Source of the DNA: Trueperaceae bacterium
GTDB lineage: Bacteria; Deinococcota; Deinococci; Deinococcales; Trueperaceae
Direction of reading: 5' to 3'
NCBI GenBank assembly: GCA_965213705.1
Contig: OZ243913.1
Location: 3,808,001 to 3,872,000 of the forward strand
Length of the DNA stretch: 64,000 nt
Shown: positions 7,537 through 18,304 of the stretch, in pieces
Position numbering within the stretch: the first letter of the stretch is position 1
Layout: the number at the start of each line of letters is the position of its first letter
Program-made: the position numbers and the translations under genes
The notes under the pieces: generated by a model
The model's input: only the letters and a program-made list of their open reading frames with translations
What the model was told of the DNA's origin: nothing
The model's database searches: none

Positions 7537-9816
7537 CTACTTCAACTTGAGCGGTCCAAAGGCGGGCAGCGGCAAGCCGGTGTCGGTGCTCTTGACCACG
7601 TTCTGCAACTGCGGCGTCGGATAAGAAGTGGGTTTGAACGCTGGCGGCATGTAGCGCAAGAAAAGCGGCGACGACGTCGACTTGACGGTGACAAGAATAG
7701 CCGAAGGGTCGCTCGGGTCCCGAGTAATGCTCGTGATGTTCCCGCCTACGCCCGAGTAACTGCTTCCGCCTGCAGACACGTTGAAGTAACCTTCGTAGTC
7801 CGAACTGTCGTTGACGGGTCGGTCGAGGTTGACCTTGATGACGTTGCCGCTCAAGGTGACGCCGCCGGACTCGAGCCGCGGCCCGGTGCCGTCGACGCCC
7901 TGGCCCAAGACGTGCTCCTGGTAAGCCAGCGCGATGCGGTCGCCCAAGATTTTCTGGCCTTCGGCGCTCAGGTGGTTGTGCTCTATCATCGGCAGGTCAT
8001 GCGTGACCACCATGTAAAAGGCGTTGCGGCGGTCGCCGGGGTTGCCGTACTGGGTTTCCATCAAGCGCTGCTTTTCACGAATGTTTTGGTAGTTGACGTT
8101 CTTAAAGCTGTCCGACTCGTTCGGGGCGATGAGCCGCCGTGCGATTTGGGCGTAGATGATGGGCGGGTCGTTCAGTTCGCTTTGAAACGCGTCCATAACC
8201 GCGTTCGTGTCCCGGATAAAGCCGCTGACGTTGCCCTGTTCGCTCTCACCCTGGTACCAGATGATGCCGGTGACGGGGCCGCCTTCGGCGTCGGTCGAAT
8301 TCGTCACCGGGTTCGGCACCGTCCCGGCCGAGACCTGCGCGCGGTAGTTGGCGCTGCCGAACAAAGTAGAGCGGTTCAAGCGGTCGCTCGTGGGTTGCCA
8401 GATTCCATCACGACACCTATCGGGGTTTTTAGGGTCATAAGGTTGAACACAGCTGCCGCCCTTAGCGCTCTGGATAAGAAAAACGTCTTTGCCGGTAACG
8501 TTGTGCAAGTTTTTACCGAGCCGCACCCCGAACGAGTGGCCCGCGCCGAAGGTGAAGTTGGGGTCCGTGTCTCTACTCACCTCGTCCACCTGGTTGAGGT
8601 TGCTGTCGGTGGGCTCGCTGGCTTGCTTCCAAACGTAGTCGTTGCCGAGCATTCGCACCTCGGGAATGCCGGGTTCGACGTTGTTTAGCTCACCGCGGCT
8701 CGAGGCGTTCGACTGCCCGGCGATGAGCAGGGTGATGTCGCCGGTGGGGAGTGGGACCTGTTTGACCGTGACGGTCTCGCTGTCGCTGTTCGTACCCGAC
8801 ACGTTCGCCGCCCCGTAGTCGTTGGTCGCGGTGAGGGTGTAGGTGGTCGTCTGGGCGGGGGTGACGCTGACACTGTCGTTCAAACCCTTGCCCGACACGT
8901 CGACGTTGTTCATTTTCAAGCTGATGGGCTCGGTGCCGCCGACGCTCCAGGACAGGGTCGAACTGCCGTTGGTTGAAATTTGAGCCGGGCTCGCGCTCAG
9001 GCTGACGGTAGGTGCTTGGCCGACTTTCACCGTTACCGTCTTAGGGGTGGCGTCGCCGTCCGCGTTGGTCGCGGTGAGGGTGTAGGTCGTCGTGGTGGTC
9101 GGCCTCACGACAGCCGAGGTGCCCGTGACGGTTTGCCCGTTGAGCATGACGGTGGGTGCAGGGTCGCCCACCACGCTCCACGACAGTGTGACGGCGGCCC
9201 CGGCAGTGACGGTCGTGTCGTCCGCCTCGAAAGTGCTGATAAAGGGTTTGTTTCCGACGGTAACGGTAGCCTCGTCGCTCGTCTCGCCGTCGGCGTTTTT
9301 AGCCGTAAGTGTAAAGACAGCACTCTGCGTCAAGTTGCCGACGATAAAGCTGTTTCTACCTGAAACGTCCAAGTTGTCCGCGCCCGTGGCGACGTCGGGC
9401 AGGCCGTCGTCAAGAAGGAGGGTGACGTCGCCTTCACCTACAACCTGCCACGCGAGTTCGACCTGTCCCCCACTTTCAGGCAGCTCGGGGGGCGTCGCCG
9501 TGAAGCTCTGAATGGCGAGTTGGGTGACAACCACAACTTCGACTGTTTTGGTTTCACTTTGAGTGCCCTTGGTCGCCGTGAGCGTGTAAAAGGTTGTTCG
9601 TTGGGGCTTCACCACCAGTTTGTTTTGCCCGGTAACGTCCCCCCCCGGCGTCAGGGTGAGGGTGCCGGGGTTACCCACGCTCCAGGAAAGTGTGACCGCG
9701 GTACCCGGCGCGACCGTGGTATCGGAAGCGTTGAAGGAGGTGATAAGCGGACCCTGAACACACGCTGCCAGGGCTAGAACGAAAGTCAGGGCCGTCGAAA
9801 GCTTGAATAACCGCAT
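7537..9816 (-). CDS. Lipoprotein with four Ig/PKD-like repeats and a sialate O-acetylesterase (SASA/SGNH) domain
   Basis: Lipobox LAAC; repeated TLSWSV...TTTYTLTATN; AGQSN, WYQGESE and H.HLS..GQ motifs. Confidence 0.85.
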   Translation of the reverse strand: MRLFKLSTALTFVLALAACVQGPLITSFNASDTTVAPGTAVTLSWSVGNPGTLTLTPGGDVTGQNKLVVKPQRTTFYTLTATKGTQSETKTVEVVVVTQLAIQSFTATPPELPESGGQVELAWQVVGEGDVTLLLDDGLPDVATGADNLDVSGRNSFIVGNLTQSAVFTLTAKNADGETSDEATVTVGNKPFISTFEADDTTVTAGAAVTLSWSVVGDPAPTVMLNGQTVTGTSAVVRPTTTTTYTLTATNADGDATPKTVTVKVGQAPTVSLSASPAQISTNGSSTLSWSVGGTEPISLKMNNVDVSGKGLNDSVSVTPAQTTTYTLTATNDYGAANVSGTNSDSETVTVKQVPLPTGDITLLIAGQSNASSRGELNNVEPGIPEVRMLGNDYVWKQASEPTDSNLNQVDEVSRDTDPNFTFGAGHSFGVRLGKNLHNVTGKDVFLIQSAKGGSCVQPYDPKNPDRCRDGIWQPTSDRLNRSTLFGSANYRAQVSAGTVPNPVTNSTDAEGGPVTGIIWYQGESEQGNVSGFIRDTNAVMDAFQSELNDPPIIYAQIARRLIAPNESDSFKNVNYQNIREKQRLMETQYGNPGDRRNAFYMVVTHDLPMIEHNHLSAEGQKILGDRIALAYQEHVLGQGVDGTGPRLESGGVTLSGNVIKVNLDRPVNDSSDYEGYFNVSAGGSSYSGVGGNITSITRDPSDPSAILVTVKSTSSPLFLRYMPPAFKPTSYPTPQLQNVVKSTDTGLPLPAFGPLKLK

Positions 9817-10069
9817 CTTTCACCTCGTTGCGCACCGCGGGGTGCCGGTAGATTGGGAATTGAACGTTTTACACGAGCGCCGGCCGAGGCGGACGCTCTG
9901 AAGGTCGTCAAAAGTATGGCACAGCTGGGGCGCGCAGCTCGGTCAAGTATCACACAGGAGGCAATTTAGGGTCCGACTCTCGGCCCTTGCCCTGGGCTGA
10001 AGCGTTCAACCACGACACGCTCGAGAAGCCGCGGTGAGGCTTACCCAGCCTCAAACACCCGCTCAAAAC

Positions 10070-11875
10070 TCAGCCGACGGCGACCGGTTCCACCTGGGCG
10101 ATGGCCCGGAACTGCGGGCTCGAGGCTATCAACTCGTCGTAGCTGCCTTTGGCGGCCACGCGGCCGTGGTCGAGCAGGTAAATCGTGTCGCAGTTGCGCA
10201 CGGTGCTTATCCGGTGCGCGATCATGATGACGGTTTTGGACTTGCCGATGTTGTCCACGGCCTTGAAAATGTTCTCTTCGGTGACGCCGTCGAGCGCGCT
10301 GGTCGCCTCGTCCAGGATGAGCACTTCCGGGTTGTGGTACAGGGCGCGGGCAATGCCGAGCCGCTGCCGCTGCCCGCCCGACAAACGCACGCCGCGCTCC
10401 CCGACGGCCGTGTCGTAGCCTTGGGGTAGGTCGCTGACGATAAAGTCGTGGATGTTGGCGAGTTTGGCGGCCTGTTCGACCGCCGCGCGGTCGACTTTGG
10501 TGTGGTGGACCCCGAAAGCGATGTTGCGCGCTATGGTGTCGTCGTTGAGGTAGATAACTTGCGGAACGTAACCCAAGTTTTTCATCCAGTTGGGCGTGTT
10601 TTCAGGCGTGACCGGTACACCGTCGACGACGAGGCTACCTTTTTCCGGAGAGAGCAGGCCCAACAGCAAGTCGACGGTCGTCGTTTTGCCCGAGCCGGTC
10701 GAGCCCACAAAGGCAACCGAGGTGTTGGCGCGAATGTTGATGTCGAAGTCTTCCAGCACGGGCTGTTCCATGTCGGGATAAGTGAAAGTCACGTTTTTAA
10801 GCTCGAGCCTGTCCCTAAAAGGCAGCGTGGGCAGCGTGTCGCGGTCGACCATTTCAGGCACGCTCGAGGACTGTATGTCTTGGTAAACCGTGTTGAGCGA
10901 AGCCTCGTTCGAGCGAATCGAGGTGATGGCCGAAAAGATGTTTTGCAACGCGGGCATCAGCCGGTAAATCGCAAACACGTAGACGGTCAGGGTCGGCAAA
11001 ATGCTCGTCACGTCCTGCCCTTGCGACAGCAGGTAAACGACCATCAGCAAAACGCCGCCGAAGGCCAAAGCCTCGAGGCCGTAGCTCGGCAACTGGGCGA
11101 TGACCTGGTTGGCCGCCGTGACGTGGGCGTACTTGCGCGACGGTTTTGAGTAACGCCGCACGAAAATCGGCTCTTTGCCGAGCAACTTCACCTCTTTGAC
11201 GCCCGCCAAGGCCTCTAAAACGCTGTGAAAGCGCTCGCGGTTCGCTTTGACTTTCGCCTCGCCGTAAGCCGAGAGCTTGCGCCTCACGAAGTAAAAAATG
11301 ATGCCGTAAGCTCCGCCGATGAGCCCGAACATGATGAGGGCTAACAGGGGGTTGATGACGACGAGCGCGAGCAGCACGAAGGTCGCTACCACGCTCCTGG
11401 AGATGAGGTTCATCGCCGGGACGAGCACCTGACGCACCGTGTCGCTGACTTCGGACAGGATGTTTTTGCCGAGGTCGGCGGTGTTGCGGTTTAAGTAGAA
11501 GCTGTAAGGCTTGTACAGGTAGTTGATGAGGGTGCGCTCGGACAACGAATGGTACGTGTCCCACGAAAATTTGTAGATCAACCAAGTCGTGTAGGCCGTA
11601 AACATGTTGGTGAACAAGATAACCAGTAACGCCCCGATACCCGAAGCAATCAGAAAGCTGGTGGGGTTGGCGAAGCCGAAGGTGGTGTAGGCCCAACTGA
11701 GGTACCTGTTGGTCGTTATCGTGTTGGGGTTGGCGACGAGGGCCATGAAAGGGGCGACCGAGGCGATGCCCACGACCTGCAACAAGGCCATCAAGGTGAT
11801 GACGGGCAGGACCCAAACGACCTGCCGCCGCTCTTTTTTAGACAGCAGGGCGTAGATTTTGCGAAACGTGTTCAT
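10070..11875 (-). CDS. ABC transporter permease/ATP-binding protein, PglK/HepA-like glycan flippase
   Basis: TM domain plus GSTGSGKTT, LSGGQRQR, ILDEATSALD; start set at MNTFRKIY. Confidence 0.85.
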   Translation of the reverse strand: MNTFRKIYALLSKKERRQVVWVLPVITLMALLQVVGIASVAPFMALVANPNTITTNRYLSWAYTTFGFANPTSFLIASGIGALLVILFTNMFTAYTTWLIYKFSWDTYHSLSERTLINYLYKPYSFYLNRNTADLGKNILSEVSDTVRQVLVPAMNLISRSVVATFVLLALVVINPLLALIMFGLIGGAYGIIFYFVRRKLSAYGEAKVKANRERFHSVLEALAGVKEVKLLGKEPIFVRRYSKPSRKYAHVTAANQVIAQLPSYGLEALAFGGVLLMVVYLLSQGQDVTSILPTLTVYVFAIYRLMPALQNIFSAITSIRSNEASLNTVYQDIQSSSVPEMVDRDTLPTLPFRDRLELKNVTFTYPDMEQPVLEDFDINIRANTSVAFVGSTGSGKTTTVDLLLGLLSPEKGSLVVDGVPVTPENTPNWMKNLGYVPQVIYLNDDTIARNIAFGVHHTKVDRAAVEQAAKLANIHDFIVSDLPQGYDTAVGERGVRLSGGQRQRLGIARALYHNPEVLILDEATSALDGVTEENIFKAVDNIGKSKTVIMIAHRISTVRNCDTIYLLDHGRVAAKGSYDELIASSPQFRAIAQVEPVAVG

Positions 11876-12301
11876 GGGCAAAACTTCATGAGTGAAAAGA
11901 CTTTCTTTCGGGGGAGAGCCGACGTTACCGGCTTTAGGGGGCGCATCACGCCCCAACTATAGCGCTTTGAGGCGGCGTTTGCTGTGATAGATACGATACC
12001 CCCTTTTGCAGCGTGTTTGTGACGCATGCGGCCCACGTCTGCGCGTTTGCGTGTACAGTCGGTTTTGTGAGCTAAACGGAAACTTTGGACACGACGAACT
12101 GTAGCTTTTGCAACTGCCGTACCCCGGCACGCTACGCACGGTGCAAAGTCGGTACGGGATAGAGTCTGTTCAAAAAACGGTGTGAACCGCCGTTTGAAAT
12201 CTATTGGCGATTGGGGCTGGTCCGGACTTCAATTTTACCGGCTGACCGACTTCGAACTGGAACTGAACACTCTAAATACTCAGAGCCTAGAGGGAAACGT
12301 T

Positions 12302-13156
12302 ATGAATTTAATCAAAAAACCCGCTCGCCTGGTTTTGAACCGTTTCGGTTTGGACGTTGTTCCTAGAAGAGCCGTCGCCGAGCCCGCGCCCCTTACCCCG
12401 CTCGAGCACCCTTTCGACGCCCACTACCAACACGGCGACGTCGCTTTCGAGGTGCCTCTTGCAAAGTGCATGTACCCTTACCACTTCTCTTACGACCCGG
12501 CGGGCTGGCACCCGTTTGTTCAAACCCTGAAGCAGTACGCGGCGAATCCCGGACTAAGTTACCGGGACTCCGTTCTCTACGAGTTTTACCAAAAGTACCA
12601 GCCGGAAAACGTCCTGGAGGCTTTTCTCGTCACCCCCGAAGCGCAAAGCATGTTTGCCGACAGCGAACTGGCAAACGTCAAAATTCCCCCTTTTCAACCT
12701 TTTTTCCCGTGGGACCCGCGCTCGTCCAAAACCGTCGCCGAAAAAGGCCTCGACGCGGCGCAAGGCAACCAGGGTTACGGGCCGGTGTCGGACGCCAAGG
12801 GCAGTTTGGAACTAGAGCGTCTGACCCACACCTACAAGTCAATCGAAACGCACGGTTTCAGGACCGGCCGGGGTCACGACGGCGACATCCGCGGTTACTT
12901 TCTCAAAACGGACGACGACTACCGTTTCGTGATTCGCCAGGGCCTGCACCGCACCGCCGTGCTCGCCGCCATGAACTTTGAAAAAGTCCGGGTGAGGTTT
13001 TACCTGCCCTACCCCAGGACCGTCTTTTTGTGCAACCTGGACGGCTGGCCCCAGGTCAGGACAGGCGTGACGTCCCCGGCCCTCGCCGAGCGCATTTTTA
13101 CGCTTTTTTTCGAGGACGACGGGCGCACCAAAGCCACCCAGCTCGGTCTTTTGTAA
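12302..13156 (+). CDS. Hypothetical protein with ParB/Srx-like C-terminal motif
   Basis: GAGGG RBS; SI..HGF...I.G..L.....F.I.QG.HR.A.L pattern. Confidence 0.65.
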   Translation: MNLIKKPARLVLNRFGLDVVPRRAVAEPAPLTPLEHPFDAHYQHGDVAFEVPLAKCMYPYHFSYDPAGWHPFVQTLKQYAANPGLSYRDSVLYEFYQKYQPENVLEAFLVTPEAQSMFADSELANVKIPPFQPFFPWDPRSSKTVAEKGLDAAQGNQGYGPVSDAKGSLELERLTHTYKSIETHGFRTGRGHDGDIRGYFLKTDDDYRFVIRQGLHRTAVLAAMNFEKVRVRFYLPYPRTVFLCNLDGWPQVRTGVTSPALAERIFTLFFEDDGRTKATQLGLL

Positions 13157-13500
13157 GAGCACGACCCGCCCCAAAGTTAAGAGCCCGACCCCGACCCAAC
13201 CAGTTTGTGAAAAACCTTATACACTTATTTCGGGCTAATCGTCATGATGCAAGATAAGTGTGCGGTCCAGGGAGGGAGGAGTTCAGCAACGTGCTTTACG
13301 TGGTTTGAAGAGTCGGCAACCATGCCACCGCACCGCGCCACGCTACCGCACTACAGAGTCAGCTCGGAAACTACCCGTTCGACCCAGGCTAAAGCCTTAA
13401 AATTCTGGCGGAAGGGGGTCAGAAAAAGAGCAGAGCGACATTTCGACGCACATTCAGCACCAAAACCCGACGTTCATTTCACCTGTGAGGGAAACCCTGC

Positions 13501-15063
13501 ATGAAACTAAAACAAAGTCTGTTAATCCTTAGCTTAGTCGTCATGGGCGTGCTCTTTGCCGCCTGCGGTGGCCCCGCCACCGACACGATGGTCAGATTGA
13601 CCGTCAACAAAGCCGGAGACGGCAACGGCACGGTCACGAGCGCCCCCGCGGGCATCAATCTCGCTGCGGATGGCACCACCGCCAATGCACAGTTCAACTC
13701 GGGCACCACAGTCACCCTGACGGCCACTCCCGCCGACGGCTCCACTTTTGCCGGCTTTACCGGCTGCACCGCCGGCACCGGGGCCGAAGCCAACAGCTGT
13801 ATCGTCACGCTGAACGCCGCCACGACGGTGACGGCCACTTTCAACGAGCGAGACGGCGGGGGCGGTCCTAACCCTGTAGTCAACAGCGTAACCGTTACCC
13901 CGAGCACCCTGCCGCTTCAAGTCGGGACAACCGGACAACTCACCGCTAACGTTGACGCGACGGGCGGCGCTGCGCCGACCGTCACTTGGGCAAGCGACGC
14001 TCCCGCCATCGCTGATGTTGACCAAAACGGTGTGGTTACGGCTAAAGCCGAAGGTACCGCCACCATCACCGCGACCAGCACTGCCGACGCCACCAAGTCT
14101 GGCAGCGCGACCGTGACCGTGACGACTCAGCCGCCCCCCGCGGGCGTCACTAGCGTCACCATCGACAGGGAAACTTTGTCGCTCGGTATCGGTCAAAGCG
14201 AAGACCTCGAGGTCGATGTTGAGACGACGGGCGGTGCCGACGAGAGCGTCACTTGGGCAAGCGACAACGAAGCCGTCGCCACCGTCAACCAAGACGGCCT
14301 GGTCACCGGCGCTACCGTGGGACAAGCTACCATCACCGCCACCAGCGTTGCCGACCCCAGCAAGTCCGACACGGTTCAAGTGACCGTCAGCAGCGGCACG
14401 ACGACACCCGGCCAAGCGACCGCGATGGTCGCCGCCGGTACCGACGACGCCGAAGAGTATGTCAACGCCTTTACAAGTGGGGGCAGTTCCTTTGCAGTGG
14501 GTCAGGTCGAGACCACCAGCAGCGATTTGGAACTCACCTATGAAAATGCCGGTACGGGTACCCAGCAAGTCGTCGGGGTACGCTTTGTCAACTTGAACAT
14601 TCCCGAAAACGCGACCATTACCAACGCTTACATCCAGTTCAGAGCCAAGCCCACTGCCGATGGCAATCAAGCAGGGGACGTTACCCTCACCATCGCGGCT
14701 CAAAACAGCGTCAATCCTCCGACCTTCACCGAGTCAACCGCTGCAGCGCCCAACTCCAACATCTCGGCGAGGGCGAAAACGCAAGCGACCGTTTCGTGGA
14801 CGCCGGCTCCTTGGACTCCGAGAGGGGCAGGAAGCCAAACGGATCTTGCAGCCGAACAAACCCCTAACCTCTCTACGATCGTTCAGGAACTCGTCGGTGA
14901 CGCGGCCTGGGACCCGGCCAACAACGCGATAGCTTTCATCATTACCGGCACCGGCACCAACCTCCGCCGTGCTCAATCGTATGAGGGCGCTACTGGTGGT
15001 AGCAGTCCCAACCCTACAGCAATCCCCGAACTCGTCGTCGATTACACGACACCCAACCCCTAA
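13501..15063 (+). CDS. Surface lipoprotein: divergent InlB-B-like repeat, two Big_2 Ig-like domains, C-terminal DDAEE/SSDLEL beta domain
   Basis: Lipobox FAAC; VTWASD..A.V.Q.G.VT....G.ATITATS twice. Confidence 0.8.
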   Translation: MKLKQSLLILSLVVMGVLFAACGGPATDTMVRLTVNKAGDGNGTVTSAPAGINLAADGTTANAQFNSGTTVTLTATPADGSTFAGFTGCTAGTGAEANSCIVTLNAATTVTATFNERDGGGGPNPVVNSVTVTPSTLPLQVGTTGQLTANVDATGGAAPTVTWASDAPAIADVDQNGVVTAKAEGTATITATSTADATKSGSATVTVTTQPPPAGVTSVTIDRETLSLGIGQSEDLEVDVETTGGADESVTWASDNEAVATVNQDGLVTGATVGQATITATSVADPSKSDTVQVTVSSGTTTPGQATAMVAAGTDDAEEYVNAFTSGGSSFAVGQVETTSSDLELTYENAGTGTQQVVGVRFVNLNIPENATITNAYIQFRAKPTADGNQAGDVTLTIAAQNSVNPPTFTESTAAAPNSNISARAKTQATVSWTPAPWTPRGAGSQTDLAAEQTPNLSTIVQELVGDAAWDPANNAIAFIITGTGTNLRRAQSYEGATGGSSPNPTAIPELVVDYTTPNP

Positions 15064-15080
15064 ACGCCATCGTTCCAGTT

Positions 15081-15109
15081 ACCCCCGGTCCAAAACCGGG
15101 GGTCTTTTT
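15081..15109 (+). terminator. Intrinsic terminator
   Basis: ACCCCCGGT/ACCGGGGGT stem followed by CTTTTT. Confidence 0.8.
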
Positions 15110-15205
15110 ATGGGCATTTATCACTGCACTCAGCGCTCAAAAGGAGCATACTTTTTCTGTTATGACGACTTATTTCAATCAGGTTCACGTTGAGCAGGGA
15201 CACGC

Positions 15206-15985
15206 ATGAAAGCCGTCATCTTTGCAGGCGGGTTGGGCACGCGGCTCTCGGAAGAAACGGCTATCAAACCCAAACCGATGGTTGAGGTCGGCGGCAAACC
15301 CATCATGTGGCACATCATGAAGATCTACTCGTCGCACGGCGTAAACGAGTTTGTGGTGTGTTGCGGCTACAAGGGGCACGTCATCAAGGAGTACTTCGCC
15401 AACTACTTCCTGCACCGCTCGGACATGACCTTCGACCTGAAAAACAACAAGATGCACGTTCACCAGAACGGGGTCGAGCCGTGGACGGTGACGCTCATCG
15501 ACACGGGCGAAAGCACGCTCAAGGGCGGACGGCTGTTGCGCGTCCGCGAGCACATCGGCGACGAGACGTTTTGCCTGACCTACGGCGACGGCGTGAGCGA
15601 CGTGGACGTGAGTTGTTTGGTTGAGTTTCACAAGGCTCAAAACGCGCTCGTCACCCTCACCGCGGTGCAGCCGCCGGGCCGCTTCGGGGCGTTTACGCTG
15701 GGCGACAGCGACACGAAAATTTCGACCTTCAAGGAAAAACCGCAGGGCGGCAGCGCCTGGATAAACGGCGGTTACTTCGTGGTCGAGCCCGAAGCGCTGG
15801 ACTACATAGAAGACGAGAGCGAGCGGATGGACTGGGAAAAAGCGCCCTTGGAAAACATGGCCGAAGAGGGCCGCTTGGCCGCTTACAAACACCACGGCTT
15901 CTGGCACCCGATGGACACGCTCCACGACAAAAACAAGCTCGAGCAGATGTGGGCGTCCGACCAGGCACCCTGGAAAACCTGGTAA
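15206..15985 (+). CDS. rfbF: Glucose-1-phosphate cytidylyltransferase
   Basis: [36 protein letters not shown]. Confidence 0.93.
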   Translation: MKAVIFAGGLGTRLSEETAIKPKPMVEVGGKPIMWHIMKIYSSHGVNEFVVCCGYKGHVIKEYFANYFLHRSDMTFDLKNNKMHVHQNGVEPWTVTLIDTGESTLKGGRLLRVREHIGDETFCLTYGDGVSDVDVSCLVEFHKAQNALVTLTAVQPPGRFGAFTLGDSDTKISTFKEKPQGGSAWINGGYFVVEPEALDYIEDESERMDWEKAPLENMAEEGRLAAYKHHGFWHPMDTLHDKNKLEQMWASDQAPWKTW

Positions 15986-17226
15986 TGTCGTTCATGTACG
16001 ACTACACAGTTATCGGCGGCGGAATAGTCGGGCTCGCCACGGCGGAGGCGCTCACCAAACGTTTCCCCGGCGCGCGCGTCGTGCTGTTCGAAAAAGAGGC
16101 GGGCTTCGCCGCGCACCAGACCGGCAACAACAGCGGCGTCATCCACTCGGGCATCTACTACAAGCCAGGCAGTTTCAAGGCGCGGTTCGCCCGCGAGGGC
16201 AGCCACTCCATCGTCGAGTTTTGTCAAGAGCACGGCCTCGAGTTTGAGGTCTGCGGCAAGGTCATCGTCGCCACCGAGCCGGGCGAGCTGGCGCAGCTCG
16301 AGACCCTTTACCAACGGGGCCTGGAGAACGGTTTAGAGGTCAAAAAACTGGGTGCGGCGGAAGTCAAAGAGTATGAGCCGCACGTCAGCGCGGTCGCTGG
16401 GGTGCATGTGCCCTCGACCGGCATCGTCAACTACAAACAGGTTTGTTTAAAACTCGCCGAACTGGTCAAAGCCCGCGGCGGCGAACTGTTTTTGAACACG
16501 AGCGTCACCGGCATCGTCCACCGCAGCGAAAGTATCGTGGTCGAGACGAGCCGCGGGGCGTTCGAAACAAAGTTCGTGGTGAACTGCGCAGGGCTGCACA
16601 GCGACCGCGTGGCTAAGCTCGAGGGCTCCGACCCCGGCGCAAAAATCGTCCCCTTTCGCGGCGAATACTACGAACTCGTGCCAGAAAAACGTTACCTCGT
16701 CAAAAACCTCATCTACCCAGTGCCGAACCCGGACTTCCCTTTTTTGGGCGTCCACTTCACCCGGATGATCGACGGCAGCGTCCACGCCGGGCCGAACGCG
16801 GTGCTGAGCTTCAAGCGCGAAGGCTACACCAAGACCGACTTTGACGCTCGAGACTTGGCCGAAACCCTGACCTACCCCGGCTTTTGGAAGCTTGCGCTGA
16901 AAAATATGGACGAGGGCGTCAAGGAGATGATTCGCTCGTACAGCAAGGGTGCGTTTGTGAAAAGTTTGCAAAAACTCATCCCCGAGGTGCAGGCGGACGA
17001 CGTTACGCCGACCCATGCGGGCGTGCGCGCCCAGGCTCTCAAGCCCGACGGGGCGCTGGTCGATGATTTTTTAATCGTTGACGGCCGCAACGCGCTGCAC
17101 GTCTGCAACGCGCCCTCCCCGGCAGCCACTTCGTCGTTGGAAATCGGCAAGTACGTGGCGGCTCGAGTTCCCGCCCCCGCCCAAGCCGTTACTCAAACTG
17201 GCACCCAAACCAACGCAAGAGTTTAG
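15985..17226 (+). CDS. lhgO: L-2-hydroxyglutarate oxidase-like FAD oxidoreductase
   Basis: IGGGIVG, HQTGNNSGVIHSGIYY, FPFLGVHFT, NAPSPAATS; start at 15985 or 15994. Confidence 0.88.
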   Translation: MSFMYDYTVIGGGIVGLATAEALTKRFPGARVVLFEKEAGFAAHQTGNNSGVIHSGIYYKPGSFKARFAREGSHSIVEFCQEHGLEFEVCGKVIVATEPGELAQLETLYQRGLENGLEVKKLGAAEVKEYEPHVSAVAGVHVPSTGIVNYKQVCLKLAELVKARGGELFLNTSVTGIVHRSESIVVETSRGAFETKFVVNCAGLHSDRVAKLEGSDPGAKIVPFRGEYYELVPEKRYLVKNLIYPVPNPDFPFLGVHFTRMIDGSVHAGPNAVLSFKREGYTKTDFDARDLAETLTYPGFWKLALKNMDEGVKEMIRSYSKGAFVKSLQKLIPEVQADDVTPTHAGVRAQALKPDGALVDDFLIVDGRNALHVCNAPSPAATSSLEIGKYVAARVPAPAQAVTQTGTQTNARV

Positions 17227-17236
17227 GAGATTGGTT

Positions 17237-18295
17237 ATGAAAGTTCTTGTCACCGGCACCGAAGGTTATTTGGGCTCGCTCCTAGCGCCTTTACTCCTCA
17301 AAGAAGGTTTCGACGTCCTCGGCGTCGACACCGGCTTTTACAAGGCGGGTTGGCTCTACAACGGCACCGACCGCAGCGCCGAAACCCTCAACAAAGATTT
17401 ACGCAACTTGACCAAAGAGGACTTTGCGGGCGTGGACGCGGTCGTCCACATGGCCGAACTTTCCAACGACCCCATCGGCGCGCTCTCCCCCACCATCACC
17501 TACGACATCAACCACAAGGGCTCGGTCAAAATCGCCCAACTCGCCAAGGCGGCGGGCGTGGAGAGGTTTGTTTACATGTCGTCGTGCAGCGTCTACGGCG
17601 TGGCAACAAGTGAAGACCACGTCGACGAAACCGGTGCGACGAATCCGCAGACCGCCTACGCGATTTGCAAGACCTTGGTCGAGCGCGACTTGCAACCAAT
17701 GGCGGACGACACCTTCTCGCCGACCTTTATGCGCAACGCGACCGCCTTCGGGGCGTCGCCGCGGATGCGCTTCGACATCGTGTTGAACAACCTGGCCGGG
17801 CTCGCCTGGACGACGAAAGAAATCAAGATGATTTCGGACGGCACGCCCTGGCGGCCCCTGGTTCACGCGCTCGACATCGCCAAAGCAATTATCTGCACCT
17901 TGAAAGCGCCCCGCGAAGCGGTTCACAACGAGATTTTCAACGTTGGCGACACTCAGCAGAACTACCAGGTGCGCGAAATCGCCGAAATCGTCGCTCGAGT
18001 TTTTCCGGGTTGCCAACTGAGTTTCGGCGACTTAGAGAGCGACAACCGCAGCTACCGCGTGTCGTTCGACAAAATCAACTCGCAACTGCCCGGCTTCAGC
18101 TGCGAGTGGGACGCCGAGCGCGGCGCGCGGCAACTTTACGAAGTATTCAAGCGCATCGACATGACCCAGGAAACTTTCAACCACCGCGGTTTCACGCGGC
18201 TCAAGCAGCTCGAGTACCTGCTGCGGACCGAACAGATCGACCCGAACTTTTTCTGGAGCGACACCGCCGTACCCGAGTTTGCGGCGATTCATTAG
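17237..18295 (+). CDS. NAD-dependent epimerase/dehydratase (SDR)
   Basis: TGTEGYLG, SSCSVYG, YAICK; AGGAG RBS. Confidence 0.9.
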   Translation: MKVLVTGTEGYLGSLLAPLLLKEGFDVLGVDTGFYKAGWLYNGTDRSAETLNKDLRNLTKEDFAGVDAVVHMAELSNDPIGALSPTITYDINHKGSVKIAQLAKAAGVERFVYMSSCSVYGVATSEDHVDETGATNPQTAYAICKTLVERDLQPMADDTFSPTFMRNATAFGASPRMRFDIVLNNLAGLAWTTKEIKMISDGTPWRPLVHALDIAKAIICTLKAPREAVHNEIFNVGDTQQNYQVREIAEIVARVFPGCQLSFGDLESDNRSYRVSFDKINSQLPGFSCEWDAERGARQLYEVFKRIDMTQETFNHRGFTRLKQLEYLLRTEQIDPNFFWSDTAVPEFAAIH

Positions 18296-18304
18296 GAGGC
18301 AGGT

